NCBI GenBank assembly: GCA_964645295.1
Contig: CAZXZK010000009.1
Span: 786-43,803, forward strand
Length of the DNA stretch: 43,018 nucleotides
Reading direction: 5' to 3'
From: an uncultured Cytophagales bacterium
Lineage (GTDB): Bacteria > Bacteroidota > Bacteroidia > Cytophagales > Spirosomataceae
In this document: in pieces, positions 26,676-35,772 of the stretch
How the letters are laid out: each line of letters begins with the position of its first letter
How positions within the stretch are numbered: position 1 is the first letter of the stretch
Position numbers and translations under genes: made by a program
Notes under the pieces: generated by a model
What the model was told of the DNA's origin: nothing
Database searches by the model: none
Seen by the model: the letters and a program-made list of their open reading frames with translations, nothing else

Positions 26676-27845
26676 TTATAGGTCTAAAAATGGAAATAAA
26701 TTTCCTTCTTGGTTAGCTTTTTTTAGTAGAAATCCATCGGCTTTTGACCAGGAGACCATGTCACCAGAACCATGATGATTTAAGATTCTAGCAATAGAAT
26801 TTTTTTCTTTCCATTGAAATGGTAACCATAAATCTAAATCACTGGACTGGAAATGTGGATTTTCTACTTCACAATATCCTTTAAAAATTTCATTTTTCAA
26901 AAGCCAAGGTAAAAAATAAATTTTTGCCCCTAAATAAGTGGAAATTGGGTTTCCTGGAAATGCAAATACATAGGTGTTTTTCTTAAGATGTTTCCCAAAC
27001 CATAGAGGCTTGCCCGGTTTTTGAGCAATCTTATGGAAGATTTTCTGGATAGATAAGGCTTCCAAACATTCCGGTAAATAATCTTTTTTCCCCGCAGATA
27101 CCCCTCCTGTTATCAATAAAATTGCATGTTCCTGAATAATTTCCTCTAAATTTCTTAATAAAGAGGTTTTGTCGTCCTTTAAATGAAATAATTGCGAATC
27201 ATACCCTTTTTCTATTAATAAGGCAGCCAACATACCCGAATTAGAACTCCTAATTTGATAATCTTTTGGCTTCTCCCCAACAGGTACTAATTCATCTCCC
27301 GTAGATAGGATGGCAATTTTCGGCCTTTTTTCTACGAGAATTTCATCCAATCCCACCGATTGAGCTAAGGCAATATCCAACGAATGAAGCTTTTTGCCTT
27401 TTAGGACTAATTTTTCTCCTTTTTGGGAGTCCATTCCTCGGAAATGAATAAAATCCCCCTTTTTTAATTTGGAATCTTTCCATGACACCCATTTTTCCCC
27501 ATTTTTTTCAAAAAATGTTAGTTGCTCTTTGGGAATAATTCCATGGGTTTTTGAAGGTACCATTGCACCGGTCATGATTTCAATAAGCTCAAAATCTTCC
27601 GGTATTTTCTCATTGGATTCTCCCGCAAATAAAATCCCACTAATTCTGCCCTCTGTTTTAGTTGAATCGCTTACAGCAATTCCATCCATCATAGCCCGAT
27701 CATAAGCGGGTAAATCTCGGTCACCAACAATTTCTTCAGCCAAAATTCTTCCCAAACTCTCTACGACTTTGATTTTCTCTGTCCCCAATTGTAAAGACAT
27801 GGAATGAATCTTTTCTATGGCTTCCTCAAAACGGATAAATTGCAT
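26676..27845 (-). CDS. moeA: molybdopterin molybdotransferase
   Basis: LPAYDRAMMDGIAV, IMTGAMVP, ILSTGDEL, SNSGML, TGGVSAGKKDY and PGKP/PGNP, the full MoeA layout. Confidence 0.9.
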   Translation of the reverse strand: MQFIRFEEAIEKIHSMSLQLGTEKIKVVESLGRILAEEIVGDRDLPAYDRAMMDGIAVSDSTKTEGRISGILFAGESNEKIPEDFELIEIMTGAMVPSKTHGIIPKEQLTFFEKNGEKWVSWKDSKLKKGDFIHFRGMDSQKGEKLVLKGKKLHSLDIALAQSVGLDEILVEKRPKIAILSTGDELVPVGEKPKDYQIRSSNSGMLAALLIEKGYDSQLFHLKDDKTSLLRNLEEIIQEHAILLITGGVSAGKKDYLPECLEALSIQKIFHKIAQKPGKPLWFGKHLKKNTYVFAFPGNPISTYLGAKIYFLPWLLKNEIFKGYCEVENPHFQSSDLDLWLPFQWKEKNSIARILNHHGSGDMVSWSKADGFLLKKANQEGNLFPFLDL

Positions 27846-27862
27846 AATATTTTGTAATTTTA

Positions 27863-28351
27863 ATGAAAATTAAATCCATGGAGAACAAATTTACTCATTT
27901 AAATGAAAAAGGAGAACCGGGCATGGTGAATGTGGGTGAAAAAAAAATCACTAAAAGAACGGCCACCGCTCAGGCCATTGTTTACTTTGGTCCGGATATC
28001 ATGCGAATCTTGGAAAGTTCAGGTTGGAACAATCAAAAGGGGAATATCCTTCAGGTTGCCTTAGTGGCTGGCACCATGGGAGCCAAAAAAACTGCTGAAC
28101 TGATTCCTTTTTGCCATCCAGTAGGCCTAAACACCTGCCATTTTGAATTGGAAAAATTAGACGATCAAATCATCATTCAGTGTACGTGTGAAGTGGAGGC
28201 AAAAACAGGTGTTGAAATGGAGGCCATTACCGGAGCCAATATTGCAGCCATTACGGTCTATGACATGTGTAAATCCATTTCCAAGGGAATTCAAATTAGA
28301 GAAGTAAAATTGCTTTCCAAGACTGGAGGGAAGTCGGACTATAATAATTAA
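27863..28351 (+). CDS. moaC: cyclic pyranopterin monophosphate synthase accessory protein MoaC
   Basis: HLNEKGEPGMVNVGEKK.T.R.A.A, LIPFCHP, TGVEMEA and VYDMCK. An alternative start at the ATG at 27881 is possible. Confidence 0.92.
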   Translation: MKIKSMENKFTHLNEKGEPGMVNVGEKKITKRTATAQAIVYFGPDIMRILESSGWNNQKGNILQVALVAGTMGAKKTAELIPFCHPVGLNTCHFELEKLDDQIIIQCTCEVEAKTGVEMEAITGANIAAITVYDMCKSISKGIQIREVKLLSKTGGKSDYNN

Positions 28352-28353
28352 TC

Positions 28354-29004
28354 ATGTCTTCACATCATATTGTTCGAGAACAACAAGAACCAGCTCTTAT
28401 AATCGCAGACGGACAACCTTGTTCGATGGCTTTATTGGAGCAATTATTGGAATGGTCCCCCAGTATTATGGTCCTAGATGGTGCCATTGAAAAAGTGATA
28501 GAATTAGGTATTAAAGTGGATTATTGGTTAGGAGATTTTGATTCCAGTAATTTTTCTGCTGAAAATTATCCCTTAAAAAAGATTCATACCCCCAACCAAA
28601 ATCTGACCGATTTAGAAAAGGGGATCGAGTTTTTGATAGAGAAAGGTTGGAAGGGGGTAAATATCGTTTGGGCAAGCGGCCTGAGAATGGATCATACCTT
28701 AAATAATCTTCATTCAATTAAAAAATATGCCTCCCAATTAAAGATTACTTTATTGGACGACCACTCCCGGGTTTATCCCTTGAATAAACAATTCAAAAAA
28801 TGGTATCCTGCAGGCACCAAATTATCCATCATTCCTTTTGGAATGGCAAAAAATGTACACTCAAAAGGCTTGAAATATGAATTGAATCACCCGGAATTAG
28901 CTTTGGGAATTCAAACTTCTTCGAGCAATGAAGCCCTTCACGATGGATTGGTAGAAATTGAATACGAAGACGGATTCCTGTGGTTGATGGAATGCATTGA
29001 TTAA
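28354..29004 (+). CDS. thiamine diphosphokinase (thiamine pyrophosphokinase)
   Basis: LGDFDS motif, DLEK, G.R.DH.L.N, and a C-terminal thiamine-binding domain with GL.Y.L. It starts 2 nt after the moaC stop. Confidence 0.85.
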   Translation: MSSHHIVREQQEPALIIADGQPCSMALLEQLLEWSPSIMVLDGAIEKVIELGIKVDYWLGDFDSSNFSAENYPLKKIHTPNQNLTDLEKGIEFLIEKGWKGVNIVWASGLRMDHTLNNLHSIKKYASQLKITLLDDHSRVYPLNKQFKKWYPAGTKLSIIPFGMAKNVHSKGLKYELNHPELALGIQTSSSNEALHDGLVEIEYEDGFLWLMECID

Positions 29005-30266
29005 GATTTCTTGCCTTTTATTTTTTCTAAAAATTCTTTATTCTTTTGCTCCTGAGCATTTTTCCCAAATTCATAAAATCGTTGATTCTTGATTTCCTCC
29101 GGTAAATAGGCTTGCTCAATCCAATTATTCGGAAAATCATGCGGGTATTGATAATCTGCCCCATAATTTAAATCACGCATTAAGGCTGTAGGAGCATTTC
29201 TTAAATGAAGAGGAACCGGTAAATCACCGGTTTCTTCCACCAATTTCATTGCCTGATTGATGGCTTTATAGGATTCATTGCTTTTAGGAGAATTGGCTAA
29301 ATATATCGTTACTTGCGAAAGGATAATTCTGGCTTCCGGTAGACCAATTACCCGAATGGATTCAAAAGCTGATTGAGCCAATAATAAGGCATTTGGGTTG
29401 GCAAGTCCGATATCTTCCGAGGCCGAAATGATTAACCTTCTACCTATAAAATCGAGACTTTCTCCTCCGGCCAACATACGTGCTAGCCAATATATTGCCC
29501 CATTGGCATCAGACCCTCGAATGGATTTAATGAAGGCTGAAATAATATCGTAATGATTTTCCCCATCCTTATCGTATTGACTAAGATTTTTTTGTAGTTT
29601 TTCTTTGACGATTTCGTTGTTGATGAGAATCTTTTTTCCGGGTTCGGTATTGACCAATATTTCAAATAAATTGAGAAATTTTCTTCCATCCCCACCAGAA
29701 AAATGCATTAAGGCATCTAGTTCTTGGATATCGTAGTCCTTTAATCGACAAATTTCATCTTTTTCTATAGCACGTTCCAACATTTCCTTTAAATCCTCTT
29801 TACCTAAGGTATTTAAGGTATACACTTGGCATCGAGACAATAAGGCCGATATGACTTCAAAAGAAGGATTTTCCGTAGTCGCTCCTATTAGGGTGATGAT
29901 TCCTTGTTCGACCGCCCCTAATAGTGAATCTTGTTGAGATTTTGAAAATCGATGGATTTCATCAATGAATAAAATTGGCGCATGCTCCGAAAACATTCGA
30001 TTTTTTTTGGCTGATTCGATGACCTCCCTTACCTCCTTTACCCCAGACTGTACAGCTGATAAAGTATAAAAGGTTCTCTTTAATCGATTCGCAATTAAAT
30101 TTGCAAGGGTCGTTTTTCCAACACCAGGTGGCCCCCAAAAAATACAAGAAGGCAAATGACCAGCATCAATGGATTTTCTTAGAGGTTTATCATGAGCAAT
30201 TAGTTGTTTTTGACCGATATAATCCTCCAAAACCCGAGGTCGCATTCTTTCTGCTAATGGTTTCAT
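29001..30266 (-). CDS. rarA: replication-associated recombination protein A (MgsA/RarA AAA+ ATPase)
   Basis: PLAERMRP..L.DYIGQ, Walker A GPPGVGKTT, FIDEIHRF.K.QQD, GATTENPSF, SALLSRC, the C-terminal MgsA domain HYD.ISAFIKS.RGSD and YQYPHD. Confidence 0.93.
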   Translation of the reverse strand: MKPLAERMRPRVLEDYIGQKQLIAHDKPLRKSIDAGHLPSCIFWGPPGVGKTTLANLIANRLKRTFYTLSAVQSGVKEVREVIESAKKNRMFSEHAPILFIDEIHRFSKSQQDSLLGAVEQGIITLIGATTENPSFEVISALLSRCQVYTLNTLGKEDLKEMLERAIEKDEICRLKDYDIQELDALMHFSGGDGRKFLNLFEILVNTEPGKKILINNEIVKEKLQKNLSQYDKDGENHYDIISAFIKSIRGSDANGAIYWLARMLAGGESLDFIGRRLIISASEDIGLANPNALLLAQSAFESIRVIGLPEARIILSQVTIYLANSPKSNESYKAINQAMKLVEETGDLPVPLHLRNAPTALMRDLNYGADYQYPHDFPNNWIEQAYLPEEIKNQRFYEFGKNAQEQKNKEFLEKIKGKKS

Positions 30267-30962
30267 TTATATGTCGCCTAATTGTGGACGAATTAAAATT
30301 TCTTCTACCACCGTCGATTGATCTAAGGTGGAAATATGATATATAGTTCTGGCAAGTTCATCTACATCAATAAATCGTTCACTGGGAAGGTCAACACCAT
30401 CCCAAGAAGGGGTAAGGGTTGCCCCAGGTAAAACAGACGTAACCTTTATTCCTTTTGTTTTCAATTCCTCTCTTAAAACTTTTGAGAATCCTAATAAGGC
30501 AAATTTTGAAATACAATAAGACCCACCAGACTCATAAGGAACGATGGAAGCCGTTGAACAAATATTAAAAATTTGTCCTTTAGATTGTTGAATAAATTTG
30601 GGTAATAATGCCCTGGTTAAATGATATGCGCTGTAGACATTGGTCTCTATTTGCCTTTCCAAAACTCCGTCTTCTTCGTTTTGAATAGACCCCGGAAGGA
30701 AAAACCCAGCATTATTAATTAAAACGGAAAGATTTTTTGCCCGACTTAGCACAAAATCTGCAAAATCCTGTACCTGTTTTTTTTGGGTAAGGTCAGCCTG
30801 GAAAATACTTAATTTTTCAGACTTTAATTCTTCTTTCAGGTTTTCTAATTTTTTAATATTTCGAGAACAAGTAAAAACCTCAAAGTCATTCTTTAAGAAA
30901 ATTTTCACTAATGCCTTGCCAATTCCTTGACTTCCTCCGCTAATTACTATAGATTTATTCAT
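30267..30962 (-). CDS. SDR family oxidoreductase
   Basis: Cofactor motif ISGGSQGIGKA, NNAG and the catalytic YxxxK (YCISK). Its stop directly abuts the rarA start (TAA at 30267-30269, rarA ATG at 30266-30264), with no intergenic base. Confidence 0.88.
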   Translation of the reverse strand: MNKSIVISGGSQGIGKALVKIFLKNDFEVFTCSRNIKKLENLKEELKSEKLSIFQADLTQKKQVQDFADFVLSRAKNLSVLINNAGFFLPGSIQNEEDGVLERQIETNVYSAYHLTRALLPKFIQQSKGQIFNICSTASIVPYESGGSYCISKFALLGFSKVLREELKTKGIKVTSVLPGATLTPSWDGVDLPSERFIDVDELARTIYHISTLDQSTVVEEILIRPQLGDI

Positions 30963-30966
30963 ATCT

Positions 30967-31722
30967 TTGGGTAAAATTACCTATTCTATCATGTCAAAGT
31001 TAGGCAAATATTTAATTTTCTTAGGTTCTCTTTTTAGAAATCGTGAAAAATTCAAAGTATATTTTTCGCTGACCATCAAAGAATGTATTGAAATTGGTTT
31101 TAATTCCATCTTGATCGTCGCGATTGTTTCTTCTTTTTTGGGAGCCGTAACCTGTGTTCAAACAGCTTCTAACATGGAAAACCCTTTTGTTCCAAAATAT
31201 ATTATTAGTTTGATTGTTCGTGATTCAACGATTCTGGAATTGGGGCCAACGATTATTTCGGTTGTATTGGCAGGAAAAGTGGGGTCCAATATTGCAGGTC
31301 AATTGGGGACGATGCGAATAACCGAACAAATTGAGGCCTTGGAAGTCATGGGAATTAATTCGAGCTCCTATTTGGTTTTACCAAAATTAATTGCTGCTTT
31401 AATCATGTTTCCAGTATTAGTAACCATTGCTTGTTTTTTAGGAATATTAGGTGGTTATTATGCAGGATGGCTTTCCGGTGCGATAAGTCCATCAGAATAT
31501 ATCCATGGATTACAATTTGCATTCAAAGGTTCTTATATGTTTTTTGCCTTGATTAAAGCTTTTGTTTTTGCCTTTATTGTTGTATCTATTTCTGCCTTTC
31601 AAGGGTATTATACGAAAGGAGGGGCTTATGAAGTAGGAAGAGCCTCTACTTCAGCCGTGACAAATTCTTGTATTGCCTTATTAGTCGCAGATTATTTATT
31701 GGCGCAATTATTAGTAGGATAG
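30967..31722 (+). CDS. mlaE: MlaE-family ABC transporter permease
   Basis: The typical MlaE layout: ...[38 protein letters not shown]... The called start is TTG, and the ATG at 30991 is an alternative. Confidence 0.85.
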   Translation: MGKITYSIMSKLGKYLIFLGSLFRNREKFKVYFSLTIKECIEIGFNSILIVAIVSSFLGAVTCVQTASNMENPFVPKYIISLIVRDSTILELGPTIISVVLAGKVGSNIAGQLGTMRITEQIEALEVMGINSSSYLVLPKLIAALIMFPVLVTIACFLGILGGYYAGWLSGAISPSEYIHGLQFAFKGSYMFFALIKAFVFAFIVVSISAFQGYYTKGGAYEVGRASTSAVTNSCIALLVADYLLAQLLVG

Positions 31723-31730
31723 TCAATATT

Positions 31731-32666
31731 ATGCTATATCAATCTTTTCTAAAACCTCTTTTATTTTTATTTTCTCCGGAAAAAGTGCATTATTTCGTGA
31801 CAGGCGCTTTGAAACGAATGGTACAATTACCTTTTATTCCTTCCATATTAAGGTCAATTTATTTAATTGAAAACCCTGCTTTGGAGCGCGAAGTATTCGG
31901 ATTAAAATTTAAAAATCCGGTTGGATTAGCGGCTGGTTTTGATAAAAATGCGGAATATATTGATGAGTTTTCCCATTTAGGTTTTGGTTTTATTGAAATC
32001 GGGACAGTCACGCCCAAAGGTCAGCCGGGAAATCCCAAGCCTCGATTATTTCGTTTGGTGGAAGATCAGGCCGTTTTAAATCGAATGGGATTCAATAATG
32101 ATGGGGTGGAAAAGATTAAAGAGCGATTGATTCGTCGAAAATCGAATTTGATTATCGGTGGAAATTTAGGAAAAAATAAAATCACGCCTAACGAGGAGGC
32201 TCTTCAAGATTATTTAATTAGTTTTCGCGCTTTATTTGACTATGTGGATTATTTTGTGGTGAATGTGAGTTCTCCCAATACTCCCAATTTACGGGATTTA
32301 CAGGAGAAAAAACCCTTGGAGGATTTATTGAAAAATCTTCAAAATGTAAAATTAGATGGATTAATTGCAACTAATACCACCATATCAAGGACGGATTTGA
32401 AGGATTCTACCAAATGGGAAAAGGAAATGGGAGGAATTAGCGGTAGACCTTTAACAAAAAGATCCACAGAAATTATTCGATATTTACATAATGCTTTGGG
32501 AAAAGAGGTACCAATTATCGGGGTTGGGGGGATAATGAATGCACAAGATGCATTGGATAAATTAGGTGCTGGAGCAGTTTTAGTACAAATCTATTCCGGA
32601 TTTATTTTTGAGGGACCTACCTTGATAAAAAAGATAAATCAAGCAATTTTGGATAAAAATTCGTAA
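31731..32666 (+). CDS. pyrD: dihydroorotate dehydrogenase (quinone), class 2, with an apparent internal in-frame gap
   Basis: [55 protein letters not shown] and VQIYSGF are all present. I place the start at the ATG at 31731 ([12 protein letters not shown]...), because the longer ORF-track start overlaps mlaE. The (V/L)KIAPD strand is missing (see findings). Confidence 0.85.
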   Translation: MLYQSFLKPLLFLFSPEKVHYFVTGALKRMVQLPFIPSILRSIYLIENPALEREVFGLKFKNPVGLAAGFDKNAEYIDEFSHLGFGFIEIGTVTPKGQPGNPKPRLFRLVEDQAVLNRMGFNNDGVEKIKERLIRRKSNLIIGGNLGKNKITPNEEALQDYLISFRALFDYVDYFVVNVSSPNTPNLRDLQEKKPLEDLLKNLQNVKLDGLIATNTTISRTDLKDSTKWEKEMGGISGRPLTKRSTEIIRYLHNALGKEVPIIGVGGIMNAQDALDKLGAGAVLVQIYSGFIFEGPTLIKKINQAILDKNS

Positions 32667-32692
32667 ATTTAATCGCTTAATCTTTCGATTGA

Positions 32693-35158
32693 ATGGCAAA
32701 AAAAATAACACAGATTCCAAATAATACCCTTTCTTTGGATTTTGATGAAGGTCAAAAAGAAAAGAAAAGTATCGACAAAGAATTACTGAAATATCGAATC
32801 CGATATTCCATTGGGATGTTTTTGATATTAATATCCTTGATTCTTTTGGTTTCATTTTCTTCAAGTTTCTTTTTTGGTGTAGCCGACCAATCTGAAATGG
32901 CTGATGGGGACATTCAATTTCTTGAATCGTCTGATATTCCAGTGGATAATTTGGCTGGGATTGTAGGTGCAAAACTTTCTTATTTCTTTTTGTTTAAATG
33001 GTTTGGAATTTCTTCCTTATTATTAATACCCTTGTTCTTTCTGTCGGGTTTGAAATTAGTATTAAACAGAAAGTTCGAATTATTGGCTAAATTAACTTGG
33101 CAGGTATTATTTTTTACCCTGTGGTTGAGTATATTCTTGGGCTTCCTTACCTATCGGTTCCAATTACCAAATTCTTTGGCAGGCGGTATTGGATTTTTCA
33201 TCAATGAAAAATTATTTCAATTGGTGGGTTATTTTTCCGTATTCATTATTCTTTTAATTGGAGGTGTTTTTTCCATCTTATTCTATCAACTCAATCCTGT
33301 TAAGCAAAGAACGGAGAAATCTCCGTTTGGAGATACAGCCGGTTTAGATGAGCTTTTCTTAGAAGATGAGGAAGAGGAAAAATATTATGAGGAAACGGAA
33401 GATGAAGCCCAAATTAAGCCAGAAATGCCGGCATTGGTGAATAGTGAAGAGGGAAGAGTGAAGAGTGAAGAGGGAAAAGTGAAGAGTGAAGAGGAAAAAG
33501 TGAATAGTGAAGAGGGAGAAGGGGAAGGTGAAGAAAAGGAAGATTTGGATTTTTCATTTAAAGTGGCTGAGGAAGATTCTAAAGCGGAAGAAAAGCAGAT
33601 TGGTTTATTTGATGAAGATGATAATGAGGCGATAAAAAAATTAGGTGTATATGATCCTACCTTAGATTTATCGAGTTATTTATATCCAAGCATTGATTTA
33701 ATGAAGGATTACCAGAATAGTGATCAGGTTCAGGTGAGTATGGAAGAATTGAAAGAAAACAAGAATCAGATTGTAACGACATTAAGTAATTATGGAATTG
33801 AAATTCAAAAAATTGAAGCTACGATAGGACCAACCGTGACGCTTTATGAAATTGTCCCTAAAGCTGGAGTCAGGGTTTCAAAAATCACTTCCTTAGAAGA
33901 TGATTTGGCCTTATCTTTAGCAGCATTGGGAGTGAGAATCATAGGACAAATGCCAGGAAGGGGGACTATTGGAATTGAGGTTGCGAATAAGAATAGGGAA
34001 ATGGTTCCTTGTCGAACAGTTATTTCTTCCGAGAAATTTCAAAAATCGATGATGGAATTACCTATTGGTTTGGGAAAGACCATTTCAAATGAAATATTCG
34101 TAACAGATTTGGCCAAAATGCCCCATTTATTAGTTGCCGGAGCAACAGGTCAGGGTAAATCAGTAGGGATTAATATGATTCTTACCTCTTTATTGTATAA
34201 AAAACACCCTGCTACGCTAAAATTTGTTTTGGTCGACCCTAAAAAGGTGGAGCTTTCCTTATTCAATAAAATTGAAAGGCATTTTTTAGCTAAATTGCCA
34301 GATGATGAGGATGCCATTATTACAGATACCAAAAAAGTAGTAAATACCTTAAATTCCTTGTGTAAGGAAATGGATCTTCGGTACGATTTATTGAAGGATG
34401 CGGGTTGCAGAAATATTAAAGAATATAATCAGAAGTTTATTAATAGGAAATTAAACCCTGAAACACATAAATACCTACCATATATCGTTTTAGTGATCGA
34501 TGAATTGGCTGATTTAATGTTGACAGCCGGTAAGGAGGTAGAGCATCCGATTGCTCGTTTGGCACAATTAGCTCGAGCCATTGGAATTCACCTGGTTGTT
34601 GCCACGCAACGGCCTTCTGTGAATGTCATTACAGGTACAATTAAAGCCAATTTCCCTGCTAGGCTTTCCTTTAAGGTAATGTCTAAAATTGATTCGCGAA
34701 CCATTTTGGATTCCAGTGGGGCAGATCAGTTGATTGGGATGGGAGATATGCTTTTATCCTTGGGCTCAGATATTATCCGACTTCAATGTGCCTTTGTGGA
34801 TACACCGGAAGTAGACGCTGTTTGTGAGTATATTGGTGAACAAAGGGGATATCCATCTGCTTATTTATTACCGGAATGTGATGATTCAGAATCCGGTGGC
34901 CTTGATAGGGAGGATATTGACTTGTCTGAAAGAGACTCCTTTTTTGAAGATGCCGCCCGCTTAGTAGTTATGCATCAACAAGGATCCACCTCCCTAATTC
35001 AAAGAAAATTACGCTTGGGTTATAATCGGGCAGGTCGATTAATGGATCAACTAGAAGCAGCAGGTATTGTTGGGGCATTTGGAGGGTCTAAAGCCAGAGA
35101 AGTATTAGTCAAGGATGAAATGGAATTAGAAAATGTATTTAAAGAATTGAATCAATAA
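32693..35158 (+). CDS. ftsK: DNA translocase FtsK
   Basis: N-terminal 4-5 TM and an acidic repetitive linker. The motor domain has Walker A GATGQGKS, Walker B VIDELADL and ATQRPSV. The C-terminal gamma domain has STSLIQRKLRLGYNRAGRLMDQLE. Confidence 0.93.
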   Translation: MAKKITQIPNNTLSLDFDEGQKEKKSIDKELLKYRIRYSIGMFLILISLILLVSFSSSFFFGVADQSEMADGDIQFLESSDIPVDNLAGIVGAKLSYFFLFKWFGISSLLLIPLFFLSGLKLVLNRKFELLAKLTWQVLFFTLWLSIFLGFLTYRFQLPNSLAGGIGFFINEKLFQLVGYFSVFIILLIGGVFSILFYQLNPVKQRTEKSPFGDTAGLDELFLEDEEEEKYYEETEDEAQIKPEMPALVNSEEGRVKSEEGKVKSEEEKVNSEEGEGEGEEKEDLDFSFKVAEEDSKAEEKQIGLFDEDDNEAIKKLGVYDPTLDLSSYLYPSIDLMKDYQNSDQVQVSMEELKENKNQIVTTLSNYGIEIQKIEATIGPTVTLYEIVPKAGVRVSKITSLEDDLALSLAALGVRIIGQMPGRGTIGIEVANKNREMVPCRTVISSEKFQKSMMELPIGLGKTISNEIFVTDLAKMPHLLVAGATGQGKSVGINMILTSLLYKKHPATLKFVLVDPKKVELSLFNKIERHFLAKLPDDEDAIITDTKKVVNTLNSLCKEMDLRYDLLKDAGCRNIKEYNQKFINRKLNPETHKYLPYIVLVIDELADLMLTAGKEVEHPIARLAQLARAIGIHLVVATQRPSVNVITGTIKANFPARLSFKVMSKIDSRTILDSSGADQLIGMGDMLLSLGSDIIRLQCAFVDTPEVDAVCEYIGEQRGYPSAYLLPECDDSESGGLDREDIDLSERDSFFEDAARLVVMHQQGSTSLIQRKLRLGYNRAGRLMDQLEAAGIVGAFGGSKAREVLVKDEMELENVFKELNQ
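33437..33520 (+). repeat. 4 x 21-bp tandem repeat inside the ftsK linker (a degenerate 5th unit runs to about 33541)
   Basis: Units are gtgaatagtgaagagggaaga / gtgaagagtgaagagggaaaa / gtgaagagtgaagaggaaaaa / gtgaatagtgaagagggagaa. They encode V(N/K)SEE(G/E)x heptads. Confidence 0.85.
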
Positions 35159-35772
35159 TGAAAAGACTTAGTTTACTAGTATTATTAATTTTCCTTACCA
35201 CTGGTCAGATTGTCAAGGCGCAATCCAATAAGGCAATAACTTATTTAGATAAAATGCAAAAAAAATACCAGAATTTGCCTGGTTTTGTTGCTAATTTCTC
35301 CTTGGATTTAGGGGATGGAAGTCCGATGATTGGAGAAATTTCCGTTATGGGAAATTGGTATAAATTAAAAATGGGGGGACAAGAAATTTATAATAATGGG
35401 GTTATTGTTTCAACGTATTTTAAGGAATTAAATGAGGTGACTATTACCGACTATGATCCAGAGGAGGATGAGCTTTCGCCTGCTAAAATCTATCATTTAG
35501 ATAAATCCAAATTTACCATTTCTTTGGTGAAGGAAGATGCCAATACAGTTCAGGTATTATTAGTACCGAAAACAGCAGGAGCTATGGCAAAATTAGTCTT
35601 AACGATTGACAAAGCTAGTTCAACGCTTAAATCATGGGTAATGACCGAAAAAACAGGGGATAAGCAGACCTTTAAGGTAACAAAAATGAATACCCAAGTG
35701 AAACTTACAAAAAACGTTTTTGAATTCAATAATAAGGCTCACCCGGGTGTTGATATTAACGATCTTCGTTAA
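35158..35772 (+). CDS. lolA: outer-membrane lipoprotein carrier protein LolA-like
   Basis: Signal peptide, ~200 aa, and the LolA-like pattern (...A..YL.K...KY..L..F.A.F...) immediately after ftsK (ATGA-type abutment), the ftsK-lolA arrangement seen in many bacteria. The family call is by weak similarity plus context. Confidence 0.7.
   Translation: MKRLSLLVLLIFLTTGQIVKAQSNKAITYLDKMQKKYQNLPGFVANFSLDLGDGSPMIGEISVMGNWYKLKMGGQEIYNNGVIVSTYFKELNEVTITDYDPEEDELSPAKIYHLDKSKFTISLVKEDANTVQVLLVPKTAGAMAKLVLTIDKASSTLKSWVMTEKTGDKQTFKVTKMNTQVKLTKNVFEFNNKAHPGVDINDLR

Noticed and set aside
31668-31730. Longer pyrD start at 31668, overlapping the last 55 nt of mlaE
   Set aside because: The residues it adds ([21 protein letters not shown]) have no PyrD counterpart. 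The ATG at 31731 gives [12 protein letters not shown]..., matching the usual class-2 PyrD N-terminus.
32580-32972. 130-aa minus-strand ORF spanning the pyrD 3' end and the ftsK 5' end
   Set aside because: It overlaps two confidently assigned plus-strand genes, and its translation shows no motifs, so it is a spurious antisense frame.
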